The notes below the pieces were generated by a model. It did no database searches and was not told where the DNA came from. It was given only the letters and a program-made list of their open reading frames with translations. Shown here piece after piece: positions 13,343-26,140 of a stretch of 64,000 nt of DNA. Numbering within the stretch: position 1 is the stretch's first letter; each line of letters starts with the position of its first letter. The stretch is from NCBI GenBank assembly GCA_977016875.1, contig CDRNST010000049.1:868001-932000 (forward strand). The letters run 5' to 3'. Made by a program: the position numbers and the translations under genes. The stretch is from Pavona decussata. Its lineage: Eukaryota.

Positions 13343-13622
13343 GTTGTTTTCACACACAAACGAGGAGTGACCTTGGGCAGTCTGCACAACACAATGGAGT
13401 CTTGTGATTTTCTATCTTTAGCTTTTCTAGGAATCTTAAGCGTATGAACCAATCACAGAACGCTTTTGTAAGAGGTTGTTGACTTTTTTGTTCCCAAGGA
13501 ATGTACTCCTTGTGTGTTCAAAAGACACGTAGTTCAGTCAAAACAGACAAGCGACCAATGCAACGAGGTCAATTAAGTAAAAATTATTGTATGTAAATCC
13601 TTTTTTACGAGGATAATTATCA

Positions 13623-13839
13623 TTATTAAAAACTGCATCATTGTATAATGCAATTCGAGCGATTTGATTGGCTTAGCGACCATGGTATATGAGCAATTAT
13701 ACCATGGCCGAGAAATGGCGACCATTAAATTGCCTTCTGGTCGTTCTTGCACAGCGAAATCAGTAAGATCTAGCAATATTTCTCGGTTGTTTTTAATAAA
13801 ACAATTATTCCACTTGCGCTTGTTGGATATGAGATGATT

Positions 13840-13897
<58 letters not shown>

Positions 13898-13917
13898 GCT
13901 CGTGGAATAATTGTTAA
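13623..13917. mobile_element. Short non-autonomous repeat with a long terminal hairpin
   Basis: Palindrome aacaattattcca...tggaataattgtt (~13800-13915). Empty site in the paralog at ~34755. Confidence 0.7.
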
Positions 13918-14006
13918 GTAACGCATCGGTTCTAATGGAACAGATGCGGTTCTTAGAAGTTCTCAGCACTCCATCTCGCCACGCAATTTTAAGTCTTGAG
14001 ATTTTT

Positions 14007-16336
14007 GGCTTATTCTATTTTGCGAAACGAAACGAAACGAAACGAAACGAAATGAAACGAAATATGCTGCAATAGGTGACAATCGGCATGAATGTCTTAA
14101 TAACGTGATTTCAAGACGAAATCGCTGCCTTTGCAAGCTTATTTGATGACAATTAACGCCATTTCGCAAAGTAGTAATTTTACAATATTACTATTTTGCG
14201 AAACGGCTTCTAAATTACCTTTTAAACCCAAGTTAACCATCCATGCGCTTAAATTATCAACCTAAGTTGTCTGTTGGGCATTTTACATTTCTCTTTTCGC
14301 TCTTAAACCTTGTCCTGGCGATAAAGAAGCTCGTTTCGCAAAATAGTAATTTTTAGCAAAATTACTATTTTGCGAAACGGCTTCTAAATTACCTTTTAAA
14401 CCCAAGTTAACCATCTATGCGCTTAAAATATCAACTTAAGTTGTCTGTTGGGCATTTTAAATTTCTCTTTTTGCCCTTAAACCTTGTCCTGGCGATAAAG
14501 AAGCTCATTTCGCAAAATAGTAATTTTTAGCAAAATTACTATTTTGCGAAACGGCCTCTAAATTACCTTCTAAAATATCAATAGTCTGTTTTGTCATTAA
14601 TCTCGGCATCTTGAAGACGAAGAAGTTCCTTTTGCAGTAAAATATATTATGATAATTGTTAATTCTTAGTACAGTCAAACCTGTATATAACGGTCACCCT
14701 TGGGAAATGGCCAGGGGACCGTTATATGCAGGGTGACCGCTGTACACAGGTTTCCTTTAAACTCCCCCAGAAGTCAATAAATAGCATTTTTATGTGCAAA
14801 TAATCACTCAATTTACGTTTAATTGACAATAACGAGTAACAGCAACGTAATAATCACGATAAAAAGGCCGATGAAATGTCCGTGGTGTATTTTAGGGAGG
14901 TGCAGTAAAAGTCTACTGGAAGCTAATGGACAACGTTTTTAAGTGGAAAATCACTCAATTTACATTTATTGACAAACGCAATAAATACGACAAAAATGCC
15001 CATAACATGTCCGTGGTGCACTTTAAGGGAGGTGCAGTATACTTTCAGTGAAAAACCGCGGCTGTCAACTTTAAAAAATTACGGTACAGGGTTATAATCA
15101 GGGAACTATGGCGAAAGTGAGAACAGTGTGGTACGGTTGTGTTGTTACAGTTACAATAACTGCTTTTTCGGCACTTAAGTTATCTGCCACAAGCATGTGT
15201 CGAACGTCGGCGATGACATGTATTAGTAGTTGTATTTAGTACTAATATTTGTATTTTTGTGAGACCCCTGCCTTGGTGGCTACTATTTAACGAGCTGATG
15301 AATAAAGCTTGTCATTATTCGTTAATCATAACCCAATTTCGTGACCGTTATATACAGGTAGAAGATAATGAAATTGTGTATTCAGGAAGTCTAAAGGGTG
15401 ACCGCGTCTGTTATATACAGGTGACCGCTATATGCAGGTCAACTTAACAGTAAATATAAGGGAGAGCCATTTTGTCATTATTGCCCATATATTTATTTAA
15501 TAAATACATTTGACAGAGTAGTAATTTTATAGTACAGTCGACTCCCGATAACTCGAACCCTCGCTAACTCACACCTCGCGCTGACTCGAACCAATTTTCC
15601 TTTCCTTTCAGGTCATTTTCTATTTCAGAGGCCGTTTCGCAAAATAGTAATTTTGCTAAAAATTACTATTTTGCGAAATGAGCTTCTTTATCGACAGGAC
15701 AAGGTTTAAGAGCGAAAAGAGAAATGGAAAATTCATAACAGAGAACTTAGGTTGAAATTTTAAGCGCATAGATGGTTAACTTGGGTTAAAAGGTAATTTA
15801 GAAGCCGTTTCGCAAAATAGTAATTTTTAGCAAAACTACTTTTTTGCGAAACGAGCTTCTTTATCGCCAGGACAAGGTTTAAGGGCAAAAAGAGAAATGT
15901 AAAATGCCCAACAGACAACTTAAGTTGATATTTTAAGCGCATAGATGGTTAACTTGGGTTTAAAAGGTAATTTAGAAGCCGTTTCGCAAAATAGTACTAT
16001 TTTGCGAAACGAGCTTCTTTATCGCCAGGACAAGGTTTAAGAGCGAAAAGAGAAATGTAAAATGCCCAACAGACAACTTAGGTTGATATTTTAAGCGCAT
16101 AGATGGTTAACTTGGGTTTAAAAGGCAATTTAGAAGCCGTTTCGCAAAATAGTAATATTGTAAAATTACTACTTTGCGAAAAGGCGTTAATTGTCATCAA
16201 ATAAGCTTGCAAAGGCAGCAATTTCGTCTTGAAATCACGTTATTAAGACATTCATGCCGATTGTCACCTATTGCAGCATATTTCGTTTCATTTCGTTTCG
16301 TTTCGTTTCGTTTCGTTTCGCAAAGTAGAATAAGCC
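14007..16336. mobile_element. Foldback/Mutator-like DNA element with long modular TIRs and a 9-bp TSD
   Basis: Ends ggcttattcta / tagaataagcc. TSD gagattttt (13998-14006, 16337-16345). Arms of ~0.6-0.7 kb built from (GAAAC)n and ~174-bp subrepeats. Empty site at ~34873. Confidence 0.9.
14670..15452. mobile_element. Tc1/pogo-type MITE nested in the foldback element
   Basis: TA-CAGTCAAACCTG start and repeated gtgaccgctatat.cagg subterminal motifs. The right end looks truncated. Confidence 0.55.
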
Positions 16337-16539
16337 GAGATTTTTCAATCTTAGCTTGTCCAGGATTCCATGTATATTCCGTGTAATCTTGGACAGATCA
16401 AATGAAAAATTAAGACCACCCCTCCCCCCCCCCCCCCCCCCCATTTCAATGATGGGAAAATGGCGCGCTTTGCTTTGCACGCGAATTCATCATTGAATTT
16501 GGGGGGAGGGGGGGTTTAATTTTTCATTTTAAATTTTTT

Positions 16540-18436
16540 CACTTTGGCACCACATGCCCGCAAAGACTGAGGAGGCGAAAGAAATGGATCGATTTTATGC
16601 TGGAGTCAGTGAAGGAAGATGTGAACGCCCGCCTGGAAAGACCTCGTCCTTGTGCTCGATGCACTTCAATGACGGGGATTTCACAAGGCTGATGAATTCG
16701 GGTTTAAACTTAAAACGTGAACTGAAGTAGGATGACATCGGCGTTTGTGTTTATCCTTCAAAACATGCTAAGCAAAAGGAAGACGAAGACCAAGAGCCAC
16801 CTTCGAAGAGGAGCAGGGAAAAGCGAATGGTAAGCCGCTTTCGATACTGAATATTCACACCCGCTTATGACATTCTAAGCGTTGTGACCTTCTGAGGTTT
16901 ATAGTTTGACCTCACTGTTAACTCAGTCGCAAGTTTTATAAAATATGGCGTAATTGTTTTGGTATATATTCTCATAGATCGTGAGATCCGCGAAGTTTCG
17001 TTGTAAATAGATCGATGCGAGAACAGTCGCCCTCGGCGAACACAGAAAACATTGTAAACCACGATGTAGATAAGGTAGATAAACTGCAGCAAGAATTCAA
17101 CGAGCTCAAACAAATATTGTACACACATGTGTTGCAGAATTCTGCAAACAATAAAAGTGTTGAAAAGTATAACAGCGTTATCTCTGAAAACCTAACCACC
17201 ACAACGGGGGTTCAAAATCAGAAAAGGGGCACAAAACAAATAACAAGCGCAAAGAGCGCAGAAAAAATTGGCTAAAAAACGGATTGAGATACAAAGAGAA
17301 AAGCACGAAAAAATATGATTCATAAAGAATTTTTCAAACCAACAACTTAGCGAAAGCCTGTTAGCGTTTAATATTTCTAAAGGGCTCAAATTTGTCCCGA
17401 CACCGGTGACAGACGCGAATATATATTTACATCAGACGCCAACTCTTGTTAGACTTCGAACATTTCGCAAGACGTATGCACCTAAAAGATACAATGGATT
17501 TCGTAAACTTTATGAACAAGCTAACAAATTCCATCCTACAATTAAATTTTTGGCCGAAATTTCAGAGAACGAGACAAGCTATTATTATCACAGTTCAACG
17601 CGTGTCCTTCCTGTAGTGCCGCGAGAACAATGTCGCTAGGTCAGCGCCGGCTTCCCAATTGCTTTCGAGTTCCTTGCAGCAGTAGCACTCGCTGATATTT
17701 GATCACGGCTACAGTTACCACAAGTACACCTACATGGAAAATAATTCGTTCGAATGTATGTAAGTACTTGGCCATAGTTTAATTTTGACAGATGATAATG
17801 AAGAGCGCGTAGTCAAAATGGAAGGTGAGAACTTCACACGCACTCTATTCCCCAAGCGTTTCGTTAAATCTTCCTCGAGTCGTCGCTTCTCCTCTTTTTC
17901 TTTGCGATATCTTTTTAGCCATTCTTCGTCTGCTATCGGCTCGTCCGCGTACGGTTCGAGTGTATCATCATCTTCACACGTATTACTTGTTTCGTGGACG
18001 CCATCTATCGCCTCGACTTCGACGCTTTCAAATTCGTCCTAGCTGCTTTCTTCAGCGGTTTGCTCACTTTCCGTGTCAGATGTCAGATAAGTTTTCTGCC
18101 ATGGGATATACTTATTTGGAGCTAATTTTTTCTTTCCTACCAGTGAATCTGACGATTTTCTTTCTGCCGCGAATGTACTTTACTGAAGGTCAAGTAAGTG
18201 CATAGACTCGAGAGTTCCTGAATGTACGTCACAGACTATGTCACGTGGCCCGATTGTGAGCCCGTCGGCATTCTCATCAGCGGGGCGGGTGGACCGCAAT
18301 AAAATAAGATTTTAAAGATTTGTAAAATTCATAAAAAATTTGCGTTTCATTCAAATCGAAAAATTTTTTCGCGGAAGTTCTTCGCGTGATGTAAAGATTC
18401 AGATAAAAAAATAAAAAAAATTCCGTTATGGGCACT
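16540..18436. mobile_element. Kolobok-type transposon remnant: THAP fragment (+) and convergent KolX/P2X7-ballast-like fragment (-)
   Basis: LCSMHFNDGDF (THAP CSxHF motif) at ~16650. Minus strand has EPYADEPIADEEWL and a spliced CTCGNC...ECYCCKE segment (~17650-17729). Terminus gggcact|TTAA at 18436, with an empty TTAA site at ~26162. Confidence 0.7.
17280..17580 (+). mobile_element. Heavily deleted Penelope-like fragment nested in the Kolobok remnant
   Basis: Translated pieces SKGLKFVPTP and EQANKFHPTIKFLAEISENET, typical of PLE ORFs. Confidence 0.6.
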
Positions 18437-20293
18437 TTAAACTAAAATCTCGGGAAGCTAACCTTCGGTGATGGTCTAAAATCGTTAGGCTTGGCATGCA
18501 TTCCCGCGGGAAACGGGCCGGAAACGGGAAACGAGCTCTTGGGGACGTGAGAGCGTTGTTGAAGTTGAGGCTGATCACATACACTGATTAGGTCAAAATC
18601 AACATGTCACACTATAATAAGAGGTACCTCCGCACATACACACAATCGCCGGTGTACTTGCAAACTAGCCACGATACCAAATGGATTCTTCCTGGCTGCC
18701 TGCTAAGTGGATTTGTACGGCTTTGCATATTAGCTCCTTACGCCACACACGACAAAGATTACGTGAAGGCCCCGCGTGCAATATTGGACTTGACTGCGTG
18801 CGACAACTGCACTTTCTCCTGCGCTCAGCTGCTACGAAGACAAGAAGGTCTTGTCAGGAACTAAGTTAAACTCAAAAATGCTGATAGATTACGGGTAGTC
18901 CCGTAATTTTCCTTAGAATAATGATCCAAATAACGAGGCAAGCGAAATACGCGAGTGCCCGCTTAAACTGCCTTCTGACTCTTCGCAGGAGATAATTTTC
19001 ACGCGCGCGCGTGTTTCGCTTGCTTTACTAACAAAAGTAATGGACTACTCGAAGTCTGGAAATTCAAAATCGACTTGACTGCGCGCAACAACTGGGGCAC
19101 TCTTTCCTGCGACACGAAGACAAGAATGTCTTGTCACGAACTAAGTTAAACTCGACAATGCTGATAGACTACGAGAAGTCCCTTAGTTTTCTTGGAATAA
19201 CAAGGCGAGCAAAATACGCGAGAGCGCGAAAACTGCCTTTTGCCTCCTCGTGGAGGAGAATTTTCACGAGCGCGTCTTTCACTTCCTTTATTATCCCTAA
19301 CAAAAGTAGTCCACTACTCGTAGTCCAGCAATGCATACTCGGTGTTTCTAACAAAGAACATTTCTTTCAACCCAAACTTTAAAATATTTCTTCACTTCCT
19401 TCACTCTGCTGGTATTACAGCGCAACGAACTCAACCGGGGCAACCCAACATTGATCAGACAATCACAAGTCACGTTTATAACAAAGGAGTCTGGCTTTGG
19501 TTGTTTGTAAACCAATAAAAAACGAGAACATGTCTTTAAATTTCAAAGCGACGGTTTTATCGGTGGCCCCGGTTGAGTTCACTACGCTGTAAGAGTCCGT
19601 AAAACGTGATTATTTAGATTTTGTTAACAAATGTTACATCTCATGGCTCTGTGTCCGATTAAATATCTCTGACTGGAATATACCCAACTAGAATTGCATA
19701 TATTTGCCTCCTAACGAGGTGGAGATTGGAAATGCTACAAGTAGTTGGATATATATATTTGGACTAGTTACACATTTTTCATCATCATCTTTCAGGATTA
19801 CAACATGCATGAATTTACTAGAATTTAAAACCCGGCTTTTAACAAACAGTAGTACACTCTGGCGTAATGTGATGATGTTTCTTGTATCTTCGTCGTTTGG
19901 AAATCGCAGCGATTGCACTACTTCAACGGTTCTCCCTAATTCAGGTACACGTTAGAACAAACAACGTAGGGTGTACTTTAATTCTTCTGAACAAAAATTG
20001 GTTGGCCGCTTAATTCATATTCACCGTTGTATTTGGTTTGTATTAACACGCACATGGGGACAAGATAATGGACGATTTTTTCCACATATAATTTATTAAA
20101 GGTAAACACTTGTTTCCATAGCTCGAACCGTCCTTCCCCTTTTCAAATTTTCATTCTCGAAGAATAAATCACCCTTAGACATTTACTTAAAATTACATAA
20201 AGTGATGCTTAGGTTAGCATAGATAGCAACCGTTTCTGTCTCAAGCTTCACTTCATGTAATCTGAAGTAAACGTCCACGTGCAATTTATACCC

Positions 20294-21158
20294 AACAACA
20301 ACAACAACAAGCTTTATTTGCATGACTATAACAAATACAGTATTGCAAAAGCTATTCATAGCTAATTATTAATTCGTTAACTAATTCTTAAGATAACTTA
20401 AAATAAAATAAAATAAAATAAAGTAAATGAAGTCTTTGCTTATTTTAAACTATTCATACAGTAGAAGTAATCATTCCGGAGAGAAGTTTATCTCTCAATT
20501 GGAAGCACGAGGAAACAAATGAAATTAATTGAGTGTTTATAAAATAGTCTGTTGAGTTCATTATATGCAATAGTAAAGTTTCTTTTACTAATAGTCGTGT
20601 AAATGGAAGGCTAGGTTCTATTTTAGAAAAGAACATATCTCTTAAAGAAGAGTAACTTGGGCAATCTAATAAAAAATGAATTTCGTCTTCAATGGTTTTA
20701 CGGTTGCAAACATTACACATCCTTTCATTACGGGGTATGTTGTCGTATCTTCCTGTTTCAATCAAAAGCTTGTGGCTGCTTATTCTTAGTTTCACTAATG
20801 CTTTCCTAGAAGCGTTTTTCCTTGTGAGATCTAGGTAAGCAGAGGGGCCAAAAGTTTCTTTGATTGTGTAATAAAAGCTGAGTTTTTGTGAGTGTTGAAG
20901 GGTTGGGTGCCAATAAGAGATATATTTCTTTCTCATAAGATCTATATATTGTTTGAAGTTATTTTCATTCAATGTGTAATAATTAAAGTTGGGGAAATTA
21001 TAGTATTCACTCATCTTCATGAGACTGGAGTAAAAGCCAGTTTGACCGCTATAATGAAGGTCAACAGATATTCTTAGGGATTGTTTTGCTATAGAATGTT
21101 CATCCTTTCCTTGGAGGTAGTGTACGTAATTAAGTATCTTTTTATTTATGTCAACGAC
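20294..21158 (-). mobile_element. 5'-truncated non-LTR retrotransposon (RTE-X-like ORF2 C-terminus)
   Basis: LRISSHKLLIETGRY..CNVC..IEDEIHFLLDC zinc-knuckle region, AATAAA plus (TTG)n tail, taccc direct repeat. Empty site at ~39280. Confidence 0.85.
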
Positions 21159-22004
21159 TACCCCGTGTATGAAAATTTGAAGAGGGGGAGGGCGGTTTAA
21201 GCTATGGTAGCAAGTGTTTACCATTTTCCTTCATTGTTTTGGAAGCCATTTTGTAAAACGTAACAAAGCATTTTGATGTGTAAGTACGCTGCTCATAAGT
21301 ACCGCAGTTGAGAAAATAGAAAGTGAATTTTTGAGATTTTTTTTAATCGTATTTCTTAACAGTTACGAACCGGAAGCGTCTGAAAGGCGTGGCCAAAAAA
21401 AAAAAATAAATGGAATGAATGTAAAGTTAGAAAATCACAGGTCCAAATTTAACTTAAGCTTCCATCTGAAAAGCGGGGAGTGGGATAGGGAGGGGGAGGA
21501 TATGACGTGGGTTTTTATACAGGACGGGAAAAATTACCGTACATTATAGCATTGAAGGTAGTTGATCGAATTCTTGGGCTTCTGCTTACAACTCCGACAA
21601 TCTAGTTTTCACTGGATCATAAGCGTTGGAGCCATAAGCGAAATCGGAAGAAAATGGAACCGTTCTGATTCTTCCGACTCCGATTCCGTCCAGCTTTCAA
21701 CTCCGACTCCGACTCCGACTCCGACTCCGATTTTCGATTTTCACTAGGTCGGAAGCGCTCACACGACTCCGACTCCGACTCCCACTCCATCGCCAGTGAA
21801 AACCTGCCTTGAAAAAGGTGTTGGCAACCTGTGATTACACAGAATTCACAGAAAATGAAAGGATAACCTGCCGAATTAGGAGGTGTTCTCTTTTACGGAT
21901 CGCAACCACGGACATTTTATCTCCTTTTTTGGAGTTTCTAGTATGAATATGAGAATGATGTATTATTCAGTTAGTGGCACAGGCATACTCGGAAAAAATC
22001 CGAG

Positions 22005-22078
22005 TGCTCCTATCAGTAGTCGAACCGAAGACCATCCGATTACTAGTTCGGATGCTCTACCACTGAGCTACAGGAGAC
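22005..22078 (-). mobile_element. tRNA-derived SINE-like head (not a functional tRNA)
   Basis: A box tagctcagtggtagagc, B box ggttcgact, 8-nt anticodon loop. Part of a repeat recurring at ~22430-22500 and ~55640-55820. Confidence 0.65.
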
Positions 22079-22163
22079 TGGGACAAACATCCTGCATACT
22101 GCTAAGATTGGAATGTCATGTGTGGCATATGCGCAATGGAATAAATGTGATAGAACATTTTAA

Positions 22164-22418
22164 GCCTGGCTCCAGTTGTTCAAACAGCGGATAATTTTAT
22201 CCACTGGATAGGTCCGGCGCTATGCGGCAGATAAAATTTGTACAAGAATTTCGTTATAGCCCTATAATTTGTGTATAAAGTAGAAGCGTCTGTCTAATCT
22301 AAGTATGGGATTGTGTGAAAAACTTGCCAAAAGCTTTGGTTGGAGTACATTTTATTCGCTGGAGAGCAATTTATCCACCTGGATAAATTTATCCGCTCTT
22401 TGAACAACTGTGGCCTGG
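22164..22418. mobile_element. MITE with cagttgttcaaa...tttgaacaactg TIRs
   Basis: Inverted ends and a gcctgg direct repeat. Related fragment at ~52380-52465. Confidence 0.65.
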
Positions 22419-24882
22419 TGAATAAATGAGAATGATGTATTATTCAGTAAGTGACACTGTCATACTCGGAAAAAATCTGAGTGCTCCTATCAGGAGTATG
22501 AATATGGTAGTAAATTCTTAACCTTGTACTAAGAACCGTGCCATTGTGGTTATCTTATGTCTCGCTCATCTGCATGCATGGAAACTGCGCTGCTTTGTGG
22601 TAAAATGTCATGCCCTTAATTATACTTTATACTGAGGGTTGCAGCAGAATTTGGTAGAAATTCAAACCCGCTGAGTTTTAAAAGAAGATAAAAAATCGGC
22701 ATTCGTGCCTCTATAGTCACCGCTAGCACGAGAGAGGCCTCGGCGAAGGAGAGAATCTCGCACCAAAGCTTGAGTGTGAGCCGGCGCAGCCGTCGCCTTC
22801 CAAACCTCACTTAAATTGGAGTGGGGATGTGTGTTGTTTGGTCGTGGGGAGTCCGTGGTGGAGTAAAGTTTTGTACTTTTGCCAAGGTTTGACCGCAAGT
22901 TTCACGGCTAAAATGGCGCCCAATTTCAATGTAACTTTGACATGCCGTCAACAAAGGAATGTGTCTCGAATAGTAAACCTGTTCGAGGTTAAACATTACA
23001 CCGGCAGATCTTGTAACCATTCCACTTGGCATGCGACGGACATCATGAGAAAAGCAAGTGCTTTGGTTTAAACAGAGAAAAAAACTGCTCAAAGTACGGC
23101 TTTTAAAAGGTAAAGGAAGCGACTATTTTGTCACTATTACAAACACGTTCGTACACAACGGCTGATCATAAATCTGAACCTACATGCCATCCAGACATTT
23201 TTTAATCAAAGTCCACGTTCCTTGGCTGTCCCCTCCATTACATCACTCGGCAAAATATCTGAGCTGACAAAAGCCAACCTGGTGGGTTAGTTTTCTCTCC
23301 ATGGATAAATTTTATCCTCCCTCGAAGCTAGTTATATTCTAAAAAGTTTCCTGGACGATTTTATTCTTTCCTGGTGTAAATTTTTTAAATTTCGTCGGTG
23401 TAGTTTACCATCGGCGGAAAAATGCTCGAACCCACAACACGCCCTATTAAAAGATCTTTGTGTCCCGTTCTTCATTTCTGTCCCTTTTCATTCGTCACCT
23501 AAACTCAAATCGACGTCCTGTGCTCGACAAAAACGAGACTGAATTGTAGGGAACTGTGTGCATTATGCGAATGTGTTGGGCATCTGGTCCCCAGATTAAC
23601 AGTTCTGAAAAATTTCCTTCGTGGAAAGACGAAAAATGTTATTTCCAAGCTCACAATTTTACTGCTAGAGGATGTCCACGCTTTCTCCTAGAAGGTAGTG
23701 CTTCCTGGACTCGTTAATCGTATGTACATTACGAAAACAAACAACAGGGACCGGTGACGCAGTGGTGCTGAACATTGAGTGGCTTTGAAAACTATTGCCT
23801 CACCACCCCCCCCCCCCCCCCCCCATTCCCTCTCTACGGGTCAAATTCCGACTAAAACCTAGGCGTGGTCAACAAATTGAAAAGGCAAGAAATCACTAAT
23901 CCACTTTGCCCTTGTACTGAAAATGGGGGGAGAAAGGGTTGGGTGGATATCAGGTAAGGACATAGACAGGATGGGTAAAGCATTACCCTTTAGGATACAG
24001 ATGATAGCGATTAAAGTAGTCGATCGACTCGAGGATTAACACAACTTCCCCAGGGGCTTGTTTCACGCAATTTCTGAGTTAGCACACACAACGTTTTAAG
24101 AATGTGGTTACAAATCGGATAATTTCTACGCGGATGGATTGATCTGTTTAAGCACTCCCATTTAAATTTCTCCCATATCTGTTTGGCAAAAACAGTACGT
24201 ACATTTCCATTCAGTGCTCCCAACAAGACAACAGTAAAACCCACATTTGACATCTCTCACTACCGAATATTTCCAGAAAAGATGCAAATGACGCAATTTT
24301 CATTTTACACAGAGTGTTTATTTGTTTGGCGTAATCAAACTACTTTTACAGTGTTTATATATTCTTAGAGACTATCTATCTACAATCATAACATTTGTAC
24401 GAGCAACTGTTTAATTTAGATTAATAAAGCAATTTGAGCCTTACTATTTAAAAGTAAACCCACTATATAATTTTTCGAGTACATGTAAACTAAAGTTGGG
24501 AATTTTCAAATTTGGTAATTTTTTTCTCTATCATATATTTTCTACAAGCAATTCTTTACCTTAATTGCTTTAATTCCCTCTGAATATTAGACTAAAACTA
24601 ACAGGAAAAGAAACAGGGGATTCTTATTGAACCTGAAGTGAAGTCAAGCGGGGGCCAATCCTGAGCACACATTTGTTCTGCGTCCCTGACTTATGTCCCC
24701 AATATAAACCTTGCAGCTATATTTTTCCTCTTCGGCATTTTTTTTCTAAAAAGGTCTGAGTCAAAAGAAACAACATACGATGGTAAACGATGGATATCTT
24801 AGCGGAAAAGGATTCCAACCAAGATTAAAATCAAAGTAAAGGAATTTATTGTTCTTCTCGAAATTTGTAAAGAGGGCAATTT

Positions 24883-25749
24883 TCACTCAAATATTTGAAT
24901 TCTATGATTACCGTTTTCACAAACAACAATTTGATTGTTATTTAGAAATGCTGCAGACCACGGTTTATTCAGTTCTCCTACGTTGCTGCCACTTGTCCCA
25001 AACTTGCCAACAAACGTTCCATTTAATTTAAAGACTTGTATTCTGTGATTATCTTCATCACACACCATTAGTAGACCTGATTTAGTCACAAGCAAATGAC
25101 GGGGATAATTAAACTCCCCATCCCCTCCCCCCCGCTTACCAAACTTATACTTATATTCCCCCTGCCTACTGAAAATTTTTATGCTATGATCATCACAGTC
25201 TGACACTATGAGATATTCATCACATTGAACACAGTCTACAGGATAACTAAAAGAACGAGGCCCACCTATCTTTCTTAGAAAATTGCCATCAGGGGAAAAG
25301 ATCTTAATCGTTTTGTTACCTTTATCAGCAACAATAATATTACCCTGACTGTCCAAGGATAAACCCATAGGATAACAGAGTTGACTATGAAGACTTCCTT
25401 CCCTACCAAACATACCCATGTACCTACCCTCCCTATTGAAAATCTGCACTCTATGGTTATTTTGGTCTGCTACAAAAATCTTTCCATTCTCATGAAAGGC
25501 TATTCCAGAAGGATATTCAAATTCCCCCTGATTGCTACCTTGGCGACCAAAAGATCTTACAAAATTTCCATTGCTGTTGAAGATTTGAACCTTGTGGATG
25601 GACGTAATTGCTATTTCATTCCTGCTACTCACTGCCACCCCACGAGGATACTGAAACATTCCGACATCCAAACCTTCTTTTCCAAAAGTTAAAACAGGTT
25701 TGACAAGAATACGGTGATCTTGTCCAGGAATCCTTAAGTCGTGAGCCAA
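24883..25749 (-). CDS. TRIM-NHL copy 2: NHL-only truncated derivative (open frame; first in-frame ATG at 25659), possibly a pseudogene
   Basis: Six NHL repeats without stops. B-box-region peptide DHRIL is fused directly to VKPVL. RING, B-boxes, coiled coil and filamin are deleted. Confidence 0.7.
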   Translation of the reverse strand: MAHDLRIPGQDHRILVKPVLTFGKEGLDVGMFQYPRGVAVSSRNEIAITSIHKVQIFNSNGNFVRSFGRQGSNQGEFEYPSGIAFHENGKIFVADQNNHRVQIFNREGRYMGMFGREGSLHSQLCYPMGLSLDSQGNIIVADKGNKTIKIFSPDGNFLRKIGGPRSFSYPVDCVQCDEYLIVSDCDDHSIKIFSRQGEYKYKFGKRGGGDGEFNYPRHLLVTKSGLLMVCDEDNHRIQVFKLNGTFVGKFGTSGSNVGELNKPWSAAFLNNNQIVVCENGNHRIQIFE

Positions 25750-25967
25750 TTACGTAACGATGCTAGCTGTTTCGTTCTGGTTTCTGATTCCCGCCGGAAA
25801 TGTTCTCCTGTTGAGCGCAGTTTATAGCTTGATAAGAGTTGGCAACTGAACACAGACAAAACTGAAATAAAAGGAGTTTAAGAAAACAAACTTTACGGTA
25901 AAGCTGAATTACAAAAGTCGTAAATATAAACAATGAAAAGTCAGGAACGGCGAATTACTAATTTTTT

Positions 25968-26140
25968 NNNNNNNNNNNNNNNNNNNNNNNNNNNNNNNNN
26001 NNNNNNNNNNNNNNNNNNNNNNNNNNNNNNNNNNNNNNNNNNNNNNNNNNNNNNNNNNNNNNNNNNNNNNNNNNNNNNNNNNNNNNNNNNNNNNNNNNNN
26101 NNNNNNNNNNNNNNNNNNNNNNNNNNNNNNNNNNNNNNNN
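25968..26140. other. Assembly gap (N run)
   Basis: 173 N. Confidence 1.

Noticed and set aside
14007-16336. Regularly spaced repeats resembling a CRISPR array
   Set aside because: Whole ~174-bp units repeat with no unique spacers, there are no cas genes, and the context is eukaryotic.
16567-16590. CTGAGGA...GAAA hammerhead-like core
   Set aside because: No room for stem II and no stem I; it lies in the THAP remnant.
22005-22078. Possible tRNA gene
   Set aside because: 8-nt anticodon loop and embedding in a dispersed repeat indicate a SINE head.
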